Source: Halomicronema hongdechloris C2206
GTDB lineage: Bacteria; Cyanobacteriota; Cyanobacteriia; Phormidesmidales; Phormidesmidaceae
DNA: 32,000 bases
NCBI RefSeq assembly: GCF_002075285.3
Contig: NZ_CP021983.2
Location: 1,410,001-1,442,000, forward strand
Direction of reading: 5' to 3'
The notes below the pieces were generated by a model that was not told the origin of the DNA, did not search any database, and worked only from the letters and a program-made list of their open reading frames with translations. A program made the translations under genes and the position numbers. Numbering within the stretch: the stretch's first letter is position 1; each line of letters starts with the position of its first letter. This document shows positions 8,745 to 16,550 of the stretch, in pieces.

Positions 8745-9020
8745 TTAAGTTCGCTTTGAAGAGACTCGCTGAGATGATTTCTTTTGGTTGCTTAACAAAC
8801 TGGACTGGTAGATGTGAATAGTCCTTTGGTGAGCAATGGGGTCATGGCGATTATGTAGCCAATCTTGAATCAGTTCTAGGTTGTAGCGGATGCAGCGGCT
8901 ATTGACTCGAACCCAGTGAATGCCCTCGACCAGCAGTCCCTGCAAGCGATAACGTTTTAGAGTCGAGTCGCTGAGTTTGAGATATTGGATGGCTTCCTGT
9001 TTGCTGACAAATTGGGGCAT
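8745..9020 (-). CDS. excisionase/AlpA-like (MerR-type HTH) DNA-binding protein
   Basis: MPQFVSKQEAIQYLKLSDSTLKRYRLQGLLVEGIHWVRVNSRCIRYNLELIQDW fits the short Xis/AlpA HTH pattern. I chose the ATG at 9020 because GAGGAAAGG sits 6 nt upstream. The track ORF start at 9101 adds a non-homologous N-extension. Confidence 0.6.
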   Translation of the reverse strand: MPQFVSKQEAIQYLKLSDSTLKRYRLQGLLVEGIHWVRVNSRCIRYNLELIQDWLHNRHDPIAHQRTIHIYQSSLLSNQKKSSQRVSSKRT

Positions 9021-9228
9021 GGCTGACCTTTCCTCGTTTGTACCGCTGGGGCCAAATCTCATGGGGAGACAGACCGAGTTTGCTGGCAATGACCTGCTCA
9101 ATCCGGCGCGATCGCTGGCGGGTTAAGGCATGGGATACTGCCGAAGGACCAATATCGAGTTCTTTAGCGATGCTGGCCAGGGTCCATCCCTGCTTCCGCA
9201 AAGCGGCTTTAATGTCTTCTACATGCAT
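8899..9228 (-). CDS. Ner/Nlp-like HTH transcriptional regulator (Cro-like early regulator)
   Basis: IKAALRKQGWTLASIAKELDIGPSAVSHALTRQRSRRIEQVIASKLGLSPHEIWPQRY parallels phage Mu Ner / Nlp proteins, which end near WPSRY. The gene is divergent from the cI-like repressor. Its ~45-aa tail overlaps the next gene in another frame. Confidence 0.65.
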   Translation of the reverse strand: MHVEDIKAALRKQGWTLASIAKELDIGPSAVSHALTRQRSRRIEQVIASKLGLSPHEIWPQRYKRGKVSHAPICQQTGSHPISQTQRLDSKTLSLAGTAGRGHSLGSSQ

Positions 9229-9266
9229 AGGCTTTTCTAAGCTCCATCACGATATCGATGAGGCTA

Positions 9267-9282
9267 GCAATTTATAAATTGC
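9267..9282. promoter_or_regulatory. 16-bp perfect palindrome GCAATTTATAAATTGC in the ner / cI-like divergent intergenic region; candidate operator
   Basis: I checked the perfect dyad by reverse-complementing it. A related half-site AATTTGCA recurs at about 9297-9304, and TATAAT at 9294-9299 lies 31 nt upstream of the cI-like ATG. Confidence 0.4.
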
Positions 9283-9329
9283 ATGTCAAGAACTATAATT
9301 TGCAGCTGTAGCCAACGAGTGAATGACAA

Positions 9330-9965
9330 ATGACGAACCCAACCTCTGAGGAGAAATCGGCGGGTGTTGAGAGCGCTGAAACGTTTCCGATGCGCTTAAG
9401 GCAAGCTCTTGGAGATCAAAGTATTCGCGGTTTTGCCCGTGAATGCGGGTTCTCGGACACCGTGCTACGGCAGTATCTGAATGGACAGAGCGAGCCAACC
9501 CGCCCCGCTCTACTCGCTATAGCTCGCACAGCCAACGTCAACTTGGAGTGGCTAGCGGCTGGTCCAGCGACAACAAAAGCTTCGGCTACATCGCCAGCCG
9601 AAAAGTATACCTACAAGGATCCACTAGCCTTTCAGACTGATTGGCTTCAAAAGGAGTTCCCTGATTCGTTTGACAACCTGCTCCTCACTCAGATGCCAGA
9701 CGAAAGTATGGAGCCGACTTTGCATAGGGGAGATTTGGTTCTAGTCGATACGAGCGATCGCGACCTTGACACCATCAGTCATGGTATTTATTTGCTGAAG
9801 TTGGGCGATCGCATTTTGGTGAAACGCCTGCAATATGTCGTAGGCAAGGTCCTGAGAGTTTTAAGTGATCATTCTGCCTATGAAACTTTTTCGATTGGAT
9901 TGCCTGATGAATCCAATCATTTAAGCCTGATGGGAAAGATTGTTTGGAGTGGTCAGAAACTCTGA
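9330..9965 (+). CDS. cI/LexA-type repressor (XRE-family HTH + S24 self-cleaving peptidase domain)
   Basis: 211 aa. The HTH is IRGFARECGFSDTVLRQYLNGQSEPT. S24 motifs are PDESMEPTLHRGDLVLVD (Ser nucleophile) and ILVKRLQ (Lys). Confidence 0.85.
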   Translation: MTNPTSEEKSAGVESAETFPMRLRQALGDQSIRGFARECGFSDTVLRQYLNGQSEPTRPALLAIARTANVNLEWLAAGPATTKASATSPAEKYTYKDPLAFQTDWLQKEFPDSFDNLLLTQMPDESMEPTLHRGDLVLVDTSDRDLDTISHGIYLLKLGDRILVKRLQYVVGKVLRVLSDHSAYETFSIGLPDESNHLSLMGKIVWSGQKL

Positions 9966-10031
9966 ATCCAACATTTCTGACAGAAGCAGCACCACAGAAA
10001 TCACCCGAGGAGTTTGGCTTTGCATCAGTAG

Positions 10032-10709
10032 CTAACACTTCCAGTCCCAAATTTGTTGAAATGCTCGCTTAGCATCTGCCTCCGTCACTAGCGGCAAGCG
10101 GTTCTGGATATAGGCTTCCGAAATCCCAGTTTGGTCCGCAAACTTATCCTCGATGCCGTCCAACAACTGAGGATGGGTATACGTCACTTGCCAATCGCGG
10201 TCCCAAAAGATGCGGTCGGCCAACTCATCAATACATTCTGCCCATTCCAGCGAATCTTCAGATTCCACTTCAATGGGCAGAATGTCATCCTCATCGTCAA
10301 ACTCGGCTTCTAAAACCTTGAGCATTCCCAAGGCATTCAGGGTTTCCCAGATCAGTCTTCGCCAGTAAAACGGATCGCCATCCTCCTCAATACAGTCAGC
10401 GAAGGCAATTTCATCCTCTACCCGTTGGGTCAACCAAACGAAAGGGAAATAGGCTGCCGCTTCGAGCACATTGGTAAGGGGTGGCACCGGCACCTCGGGC
10501 TTGAGTAACGCCTCCAGGCACCGATGCCACAACACCACCCGTTGCTCAAAACTGGCGCTGTCGAAGATGCGGTCTCCAGTGATAACCTCTACATCGTCGA
10601 ATTCAACCGCTTCCTGGCTGAACTCAACCGCCGCTTGGAGAATGTGCAGGTAAAACTTAGCCTCTGTCCCCTCCAGCACGCGCTTGCCCAAATGGGTGTT
10701 CCAGGTCAT
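10032..10709 (-). CDS. hypothetical, strongly acidic protein (225 aa)
   Basis: Long ORF lying between the integrase and the repressor in the integrase orientation. A hand count gives about 48 Asp/Glu versus about 19 Lys/Arg. I recognise no motif. Confidence 0.55.
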   Translation of the reverse strand: MTWNTHLGKRVLEGTEAKFYLHILQAAVEFSQEAVEFDDVEVITGDRIFDSASFEQRVVLWHRCLEALLKPEVPVPPLTNVLEAAAYFPFVWLTQRVEDEIAFADCIEEDGDPFYWRRLIWETLNALGMLKVLEAEFDDEDDILPIEVESEDSLEWAECIDELADRIFWDRDWQVTYTHPQLLDGIEDKFADQTGISEAYIQNRLPLVTEADAKRAFQQIWDWKC

Positions 10710-10741
10710 GACGGATAGCGCTCCTCGACAACTACCAACCC

Positions 10742-11905
10742 CTAAAAGAACGTTGGCACCTCAATCTGACTAATGAGGCCAGCATAGTGCTCTAACAGAA
10801 TTCTAGGATCATGGCCGGTCAGCTTTGCCACTTCAATTACCGACATCCCCTTTGCCAGCATGTGGCTAATAAACGTGTGCCGGGTGTTGTATTGGGTGCG
10901 ATACAATCCGTTTTCTTGAGTCATGCCGCACTTCTTCAAAATGCTCTGCCAGGCCCGATTTAAGAAGTTCGTCGCATCAATTGGTTTGCCCTTGGGGCTG
11001 GGAAAGACCAAGGTATCGGGCTTGTAGTCTTCAGGGCGAATGGCTAATAACAGGTTCTGTAGGTCACCATTGCACGGGAAGAACCGAGCCCGATTCGTTT
11101 TGGTGGCCTTTCGCAAACGAGCCGTGCCAGTGCCCTTGCGCACCAGGGTTTCATTAAACGTAATCCCGGTACAGTCGCGGCGGATATGCTTCCACTGGAG
11201 GCCGATGGCCTCACTGGTTCTACAGCCTGTCATAAACAAGAACCGCACATAGTCGGTGTAGTGGGCGTAGTAGCGATCGCCGCGAAAGGTATCGATAATC
11301 TGCTTAATTTCTGCTTCGTTGAAGGGAGGAACTTTGAGCGGTGGCACTGGGTGACACATCTCTGTCAGCCCGGTAAACGGGTTTTCCCAGCCTGCTTCCA
11401 CCCGATTATGCTGCTGCACCCAGTTACCAAAATCATTCAGAATGATCACCTGTTTCTTAATGGTGGCGGGTGAGGCACTTTGGAGCATAAACGTGACGAA
11501 TTCTTGGGCTTCACGGCGTCCAATGATCTCGCGCCCGAAATTACGCACCTTTTTGGGGATCGGGTTGTACATACCCACGATGGTGAAGGGATTGTCTAGC
11601 CGCTGCCCCTTATCTTCCACAAACTCATCCCAGTGCTGCTTAAAAACATCGGTATAAGTCTGAGTTTTCTCAGGCTCAGCTGCAACCATCGGTAGTAGAT
11701 CCTCAGGCTTATATTTCTGCAAAGTAGGATCAAAGTTACCACTGAGCATATCCAGTTCAATCTGTTGGGCTTTCTGCGCCGCGACTTTACGATTAATGAT
11801 GCTGTCCGGCAGCCCGATTGACAAACAATAACGCTTGCTCCGATAGCTCCATCTCAAGCGTAAGCGTTCGGCGTAAGCTTCAACCTTGACTTGTCCTTTG
11901 GCCAT
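10742..11905 (-). CDS. int: tyrosine-type site-specific integrase
   Basis: 387 aa. It has an Arm-type N-terminus (VKVEAYAERLRLRWSYRSKRYCLSIGL) and catalytic motifs TGCRTSEAIGL, NTRHTFISHML and LTGHDPRILLEHY (R...HxxR...Y). It sits 233 bp from the 3' end of the tRNA-Gly gene. Confidence 0.9.
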   Translation of the reverse strand: MAKGQVKVEAYAERLRLRWSYRSKRYCLSIGLPDSIINRKVAAQKAQQIELDMLSGNFDPTLQKYKPEDLLPMVAAEPEKTQTYTDVFKQHWDEFVEDKGQRLDNPFTIVGMYNPIPKKVRNFGREIIGRREAQEFVTFMLQSASPATIKKQVIILNDFGNWVQQHNRVEAGWENPFTGLTEMCHPVPPLKVPPFNEAEIKQIIDTFRGDRYYAHYTDYVRFLFMTGCRTSEAIGLQWKHIRRDCTGITFNETLVRKGTGTARLRKATKTNRARFFPCNGDLQNLLLAIRPEDYKPDTLVFPSPKGKPIDATNFLNRAWQSILKKCGMTQENGLYRTQYNTRHTFISHMLAKGMSVIEVAKLTGHDPRILLEHYAGLISQIEVPTFF

Positions 11906-12138
11906 AGTTCGGAAGGGGGGTAAAGTACATCGCCTGCACCCTCACTGTCAGTCACGGTTACCTCTGACCCATTCCATCCGCTTTTCGTGCCCGGTGTTTT
12001 ATACCAATTTCGTACCAGTTTTTACACCCAAACTGGCCCAAAGTGACCTAACCTCTCCACCATTCTCCGGGAAATCAATCAACACCATGATGGCTGAAAC
12101 TGTTTCCTGAAGAGTGTTTGAGGCTAAAAAGTTTGAAA

Positions 12139-12209
12139 GCGGGTGAACGGACTCGAACCGTCGACATTCAGCTTGGGAAGCTGACGTTCTACCACTGAAC
12201 TACACCCGC
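12139..12209 (-). tRNA. tRNA-Gly (anticodon CCC), CCA not encoded
   Basis: The reverse complement GCGGGTG-TA-GTTC-AGTGGTA-GAAC-G-TCAGC-TTCCCAA-GCTGA-ATGTC-GACGG-TTCGAGT-CCGTT-CACCCGC folds as a 71-nt cloverleaf with all four stems paired. On the minus strand a TATAAT box (plus-strand ATTATA at 12229-12234) lies 20 nt upstream of the 5' end. Confidence 0.9.
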
Positions 12210-12351
12210 GGGTTGGGGTTGAACGCCTATTATAAGACGATTTGCCGACAAATATCGCGGTCGCCAGGGGGCTTTTGACAGGTGAGGTAGATGACACGGG
12301 CGTGACCAGGCAATGCTCTAGGATAACAGAGCTGTGATCCACTGGCTAACC

Positions 12352-13563
12352 ATGAGGCATCCGTGGCGGTTTCTCCTGGGTCTGATACTGGGGGTTGTGA
12401 TTAGTGTCGTAGGGGCCTGTGAGCGCACCGTAGTGACGTCTCCCCCATCAGCCCCTGAGACGGCAGTACTCTCTGAGGCAACGGATACGTCTGCCTCTAA
12501 GCCGGCAGCCTTACCACCCGAGACCGCTGCCATCGTCGCCAGTGCTGGGCCGCAGGGGCTATACGATCCACCCCGAGGTGACGTGCGGCTAGTAGTCATC
12601 AGCGACCTGAACGGTATCTATGGTGCCACTGACTATGACCCCGAAGTCGACAAAGCCATGGCCCTGCTGCCCTTCTGGCAACCGGACATGGTAGTGTGTA
12701 GCGGCGACATGGTGGCCGGGCAAGATATCAGCCTGCCGGAAGACCGCCTACAGGCCATGTGGGCCGCCTTCGACCAGCACATTGCCGCGCCCCTGCGTCG
12801 GGCCAATCTCCCCTACGGCTTCACCATCGGCAACCATGACGCCTCCAGTGCCCGAGGGGTGGGTAATACCTTTTTGTTTCAAAAAGAGCGAGACATCGCC
12901 GCCGCCTACTGGGACGATCCGGCCCACGACCCGGGGGTGAAGTTCATCGATCGGTTTGAATTTCCCTTCTACTACACCTTTATCTTCAACGACATTTTCT
13001 TTCTGGCCTGGGATGGGTCTTCCCACCATATTCCCGAGGCGAAACTGGCTTGGGTAGAGCAGGCCCTGGCCAGCGAGGCAGCCCAGCAGGCGAAACTGCG
13101 GATTTTGCTGGGACATTTGCCCCTCTATGCGGTGGCGGTGGGGCGCAATGAACCGGCTGAGGTGATGGACAATGCCGATGCCCTGCGGGCAATGCTGGAA
13201 AAGTACGACGTTCACACCTACATCAGCGGCCACCATCACGCCTATTACCCTGCCCACAAGCACGGCATGCAGCTATTGCACATGGGCATTCTCGGCTCTG
13301 GGCCCCGGCCTCTGATCGACGGCGATCTGCCTCCCTGGAAAGCCCTGACCGTGTTAGACATCCGCTTCGACTCACCGCAGGTGACCACCTATACCACCTA
13401 CAACATGCAGACCCTGGAGTTGATTGAGATGGAGCAGTTGCCTCGGTTTTTAACTGGCCACAACGGTATGGTGTTGCGGCGGGATGTGGAGATGGATGAC
13501 CTCAGTGCCTCGGAGCGCAACACCTGTGAAAAGCAACTGGAGGCTGCCCTGTGTAGGGCCTAA
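12352..13563 (+). CDS. metallophosphoesterase-family (calcineurin-like) lipoprotein, probably a phosphate-scavenging phosphoesterase
   Basis: Signal peptide and lipobox MRHPWRFLLGLILGVVISVVGAC. Metallophosphoesterase motifs are VVISDLNG, CSGDMVAG, GNHD and ISGHHH. It lies directly upstream of pstSCA. The ORF track start is GTG at 12334. Confidence 0.8.
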   Translation: MRHPWRFLLGLILGVVISVVGACERTVVTSPPSAPETAVLSEATDTSASKPAALPPETAAIVASAGPQGLYDPPRGDVRLVVISDLNGIYGATDYDPEVDKAMALLPFWQPDMVVCSGDMVAGQDISLPEDRLQAMWAAFDQHIAAPLRRANLPYGFTIGNHDASSARGVGNTFLFQKERDIAAAYWDDPAHDPGVKFIDRFEFPFYYTFIFNDIFFLAWDGSSHHIPEAKLAWVEQALASEAAQQAKLRILLGHLPLYAVAVGRNEPAEVMDNADALRAMLEKYDVHTYISGHHHAYYPAHKHGMQLLHMGILGSGPRPLIDGDLPPWKALTVLDIRFDSPQVTTYTTYNMQTLELIEMEQLPRFLTGHNGMVLRRDVEMDDLSASERNTCEKQLEAALCRA

Positions 13564-13575
13564 GCTTTAGCCGGC

Positions 13576-13605
13576 CTTTACCCTACCTTAGGCGGTGGTT
13601 AACCC
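13576..13605 (+). promoter_or_regulatory. candidate Pho box: three 8-mers at 11-bp spacing (CTTTACCC / CTTAGGCG / GTTAACCC)
   Basis: The units start at 13576, 13587 and 13598, 42-71 nt upstream of the pstS ATG. They resemble the cyanobacterial PyTTAAPyPy(T/A) SphR/PhoB repeat with 11-bp phasing, but each unit is degenerate. Confidence 0.35.
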
Positions 13606-13646
13606 TAGCGGCCGATGATGGTACACCATTGGTTGATAGCGTAGCA

Positions 13647-14732
13647 ATGCGAATAACTGTCGGATTTCCCCTGCGGCGCCGCCTGGGGGTGCTGATGCTC
13701 ATGGTGTTGCTGTGGGTGGTGGCCTGCCAACCCCAGTCCCCCGAGGCACCACCTCCTGCCGCTGATGCTTCCTCATCGGAGCCGGTGTCGTTATTAGGCA
13801 CTGGCGCTACCTTTCCCCTATTTCTCTACCAGCGCTGGTTCAGTGACTATAGCCAGCAGCACCCCGAGGTGCAGGTGAACTATCAGCCCACAGGCAGTGC
13901 GGTGGGCATTCAGCAGGTGATGGCAGGCACCACCGACTTTGGCGCCAGTGATGTCCCCATGACCGATGAGGAGATGGCCCAGGTGGAGCAGGGGGTGGTG
14001 TTGCTGCCGGTGACGGCGGGGAGTGTGGCCATTGTCTATAACCTGCCGGGGGTGGCGTCGGGCCTGAAACTGCCGCGGTCGGTCTATCCCCAGATTTTCT
14101 TGGGGGAGATTACCAATTGGGCTGGCCCCCAGATTGCCGCTGCCAATCCTGAGCTGACCCTGCCGGATTTAGAGATTACCGTGGTGCACCGCTCCGATGG
14201 CAGTGGCACCACCGCCACCCTAACGGAGCACCTCAGCGCCGTCGATGCCCAGTGGCGAGAGACGGTGGGAGCTGGCCTCAGTGTGAATTGGCCCACAGGC
14301 GTTGGCATTAAGTCTAATGCGGGGGTGAGTGCCCAGGTGCAGCAGGCCCAGGGCACCATCGGCTATGTGGAGTACAGCTATGCTAAGCAGCTGGCCATGC
14401 CGGTGGCCGCCTTGGAAAATCGAGCCGGTGACTATGTGGCCCCCAGTGCCGAGGCGGCGGCAGTGGTGATCAATAACACCACTTTGCCCGAGGATTTGCG
14501 TATTACTCTGCCCGATCCGGAGATGGCTGGGGCATACCCGATTGTGACCTACAGTTGGATTTTGGCGTTTCAGCGCTATGCCGATGCGGCTAAGGCAACG
14601 GCCCTGCGGCGGGTGCTGGCATGGAGCCTGACGGAGGGGCAAGCCGTGAGTGAAGACTTGGGCTATGTGCCGCTACCAGAGTCTGTGACGCAGCGGGTAA
14701 TGGCGGCACTGGAGACGATCACGGCGGATTGA
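13647..14732 (+). CDS. pstS: phosphate ABC transporter substrate-binding protein PstS
   Basis: GTGATFPLFLYQRWFSDYSQQHPEVQVNYQPTGSAVGIQQVMAGTTDFGASDVPM is a typical PstS N-lobe. Lipoprotein signal is MRITVGFPLRRRLGVLMLMVLLWVVAC. I prefer the ATG at 13647 over the TTG at 13629. Confidence 0.9.
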   Translation: MRITVGFPLRRRLGVLMLMVLLWVVACQPQSPEAPPPAADASSSEPVSLLGTGATFPLFLYQRWFSDYSQQHPEVQVNYQPTGSAVGIQQVMAGTTDFGASDVPMTDEEMAQVEQGVVLLPVTAGSVAIVYNLPGVASGLKLPRSVYPQIFLGEITNWAGPQIAAANPELTLPDLEITVVHRSDGSGTTATLTEHLSAVDAQWRETVGAGLSVNWPTGVGIKSNAGVSAQVQQAQGTIGYVEYSYAKQLAMPVAALENRAGDYVAPSAEAAAVVINNTTLPEDLRITLPDPEMAGAYPIVTYSWILAFQRYADAAKATALRRVLAWSLTEGQAVSEDLGYVPLPESVTQRVMAALETITAD

Positions 14733-14736
14733 TGCA

Positions 14737-15708
14737 GTGACTTTGACTCGTCTAGAGGTTCCGGCATTGAGAGGGCCATCGCATCGCCGGGCTCAACATT
14801 TCGGGAGTCGAGCCTTTGTGGTGCTGGCTCAGGCCAGTGCGATCGCAGTGGCGGGATTGCTGGTTGCGATCGCACTGACGTTGTTGATAGTCGCCTTACC
14901 GGCCATACAGACCTATGGCCTGAGTTTCCTCACGGGCCGGGTCTGGGATCCGGTGGCAGGGCAGCAGGTGTTTGGCGTCTTGCCCATGATCATAGGGACG
15001 GCTGCCAGCTCCGGCCTAGCCCTATTGCTGGCGGTGCCGGTGGGGGTGGGCAGCGCCATCTTTCTGAGTGAGGATTTCTTGCCCCTGCCCCTGCAGCGGC
15101 GGCTAGTCAGCCTGGTGGAATTGTTGGCGGCGATTCCCAGCGTCGTCTATGGGTTCTGGGGGTTGGTGGTGTTAATTCCAAGATTGCAGCCCCTGGGCTG
15201 GTGGCTGCACACCCACCTGGGTTGGATGCCCCTCTTCAGCACACCGCCGGTTGGCCCCGGCCTACTACCGGCGGCGATAGTGCTGGCGATCATGATTGTG
15301 CCGTTGATCACGGCCATTGCCTGGGATGCCCTGATGGCAGTGCCCCTGGAGCTGCGGTTAGCGGCGGCGGCGCTGGGGGCCAGTCGTTGGTCAGCTCTGT
15401 TGGGGGTGTTGATACCCGCTGCTGGTGCCGGCATTATGGGGGTATTTTTGCTGGCTCTGGGGCGGGCCCTGGGCGAGACCATGGCCGTGACTATGGTGAT
15501 CGGCAACGCTAACCAGCTCAGTCCCTCCCTGCTGGCCCCGGCCAATACCCTGGCCTCCTTGTTGGTGAACCAATTTACCGAAGCCCGCGGTATGCAAATC
15601 TCGGCCCTGATGTATGCGGGTCTAGTGCTGCTGCTGATCAGCAGCCTGCTGGTGAATCTGCTGGCTGACTGGATCGTCAGGGGTGCCCACCACCGCTCCC
15701 GACGATGA
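14737..15708 (+). CDS. pstC: phosphate ABC transporter permease PstC
   Basis: 323-aa polytopic membrane protein with an EAA-type loop (ALGASRWSALLGVLIPAAGAGI). It starts 4 nt after the pstS stop and overlaps pstA by ATGA. Confidence 0.85.
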   Translation: MTLTRLEVPALRGPSHRRAQHFGSRAFVVLAQASAIAVAGLLVAIALTLLIVALPAIQTYGLSFLTGRVWDPVAGQQVFGVLPMIIGTAASSGLALLLAVPVGVGSAIFLSEDFLPLPLQRRLVSLVELLAAIPSVVYGFWGLVVLIPRLQPLGWWLHTHLGWMPLFSTPPVGPGLLPAAIVLAIMIVPLITAIAWDALMAVPLELRLAAAALGASRWSALLGVLIPAAGAGIMGVFLLALGRALGETMAVTMVIGNANQLSPSLLAPANTLASLLVNQFTEARGMQISALMYAGLVLLLISSLLVNLLADWIVRGAHHRSRR

Positions 15709-16535
15709 CAGGCCTTGTGCTCACGGCCTTAGCGGCAGCCTGCACGGTGCTCACACTGCTGCCCTTGCTGGCCATTGTGATCTATGGGGTCAGCCAGGGA
15801 TGCCATCGGCTCGATGCCGCCCTGGTGACGCAATTGCCCCCTGCCGCAGGGCTAGAGGGGGGTGGCATTGGCAACGCCATTCTGGGGACGCTGATGGTGA
15901 TTGGCATGGCCACACTGATCGCGGCTCCCGTGGGCATCTTGCGGGTCTACCTCTCGGAATTGGCCGGTGATACTCCCCTGACTCGGTGGATCCGTCGAGC
16001 CGCCAGGATCCTCAGCGGCGTGCCCTCCATCATTACTGGCATGGTCGCCTATGGTGTGTTGGTGGTGACTGGGGTGTTGGGATTCTCGGCCATGGCCGGG
16101 GTGGCCTTGGCCATTCTCATGCTGCCCACCCTGGTGCTGACCACCGATGCGGCCCTACAAGGGGTTCCCCAGGATCTACGCTGGGCCGCCGCCAGCCTGG
16201 GGGCCTCCGAGGCCCAAACGGTGCTGCAGATCGTGCTGCCCCAGGCTCTCCCCGGCATTGTCACGGGATTGCTGCTTGCGATCGCACGGGCCGCCGGAGA
16301 AACGGCCCCAGTCCTCTTCACCGCCCTGAATTCCTCCCTGTGGCCCCAGGGCTGGCTGGAACCCACCCCCACCCTGGCGGTCTTAATCTACGACTTTTCC
16401 ACCTCGCCCTTTCCGGCCCAGCAAGAACTGGCCTGGGCCGCGGCCCTGATGCTAATCACCCTGGTGTTCATCACCAACCTGCTGCTGCGGTGGGGGTGCA
16501 TCGGCGTGGATCCTGATATCGGTTTGGGGAATTAG
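15705..16535 (+). CDS. pstA: phosphate ABC transporter permease PstA
   Basis: 276-aa membrane protein. The loop SLGASEAQTVLQIVLPQALPGIVTGLLLAIARAAGETAP is the conserved PstA permease loop. It is translationally coupled to pstC by an ATGA overlap at 15705-15708. Confidence 0.85.
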   Translation: MTGLVLTALAAACTVLTLLPLLAIVIYGVSQGCHRLDAALVTQLPPAAGLEGGGIGNAILGTLMVIGMATLIAAPVGILRVYLSELAGDTPLTRWIRRAARILSGVPSIITGMVAYGVLVVTGVLGFSAMAGVALAILMLPTLVLTTDAALQGVPQDLRWAAASLGASEAQTVLQIVLPQALPGIVTGLLLAIARAAGETAPVLFTALNSSLWPQGWLEPTPTLAVLIYDFSTSPFPAQQELAWAAALMLITLVFITNLLLRWGCIGVDPDIGLGN

Positions 16536-16550
16536 TGGAGGGGGGATGGG

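Larger units (their letters stand above)
1..12138. mobile_element. tRNA-Gly-integrated element, right-hand portion only (P4-like satellite or integrated plasmid-like island); the left end lies outside the window
   Basis: The integrase is adjacent to the tRNA 3' end. The block also holds a repressor/Ner/Xis switch, a primase-helicase plus iterons, an RHH partition-like gene and nuclease/NACHT cargo. No capsid, tail or terminase ORFs are present. Confidence 0.6.

Noticed and set aside
8904-8913. A 10-bp match (GACTCGAACC) to the tRNA-Gly T-arm region (12150-12159) could be an att-site repeat.
   Set aside because: It lies inside the overlapping ner/xis coding region and is only 10 bp. It does not extend to the tRNA 3' end, and it would leave the replication and cargo genes outside the element. 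It is probably chance.
9971-9999. The inverted repeat ATTTCTG...CAGAAAT between the convergent cI-like and acidic ORFs could be a bidirectional terminator.
   Set aside because: It has a 7-bp AT-rich stem, a 15-nt loop and no flanking U-tract, which is too weak to call.
12124-12342. A 72-aa minus-strand ORF overlapping the tRNA-Gly gene, and the 93-aa ORF at 12318-12599 (-).
   Set aside because: The first is explained by the tRNA gene and its promoter region. The second is antisense to the signal-peptide region of the metallophosphoesterase gene.
15986-16516. A 176-aa plus-strand ORF in an alternative frame of pstA, and similar alternative-frame ORFs in pstC (15147-15545 -, 15201-15512 +).
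   Set aside because: They are Gly/Arg/Pro-rich products of a high-GC membrane-protein gene. The pstC and pstA frames carry the conserved permease loops.
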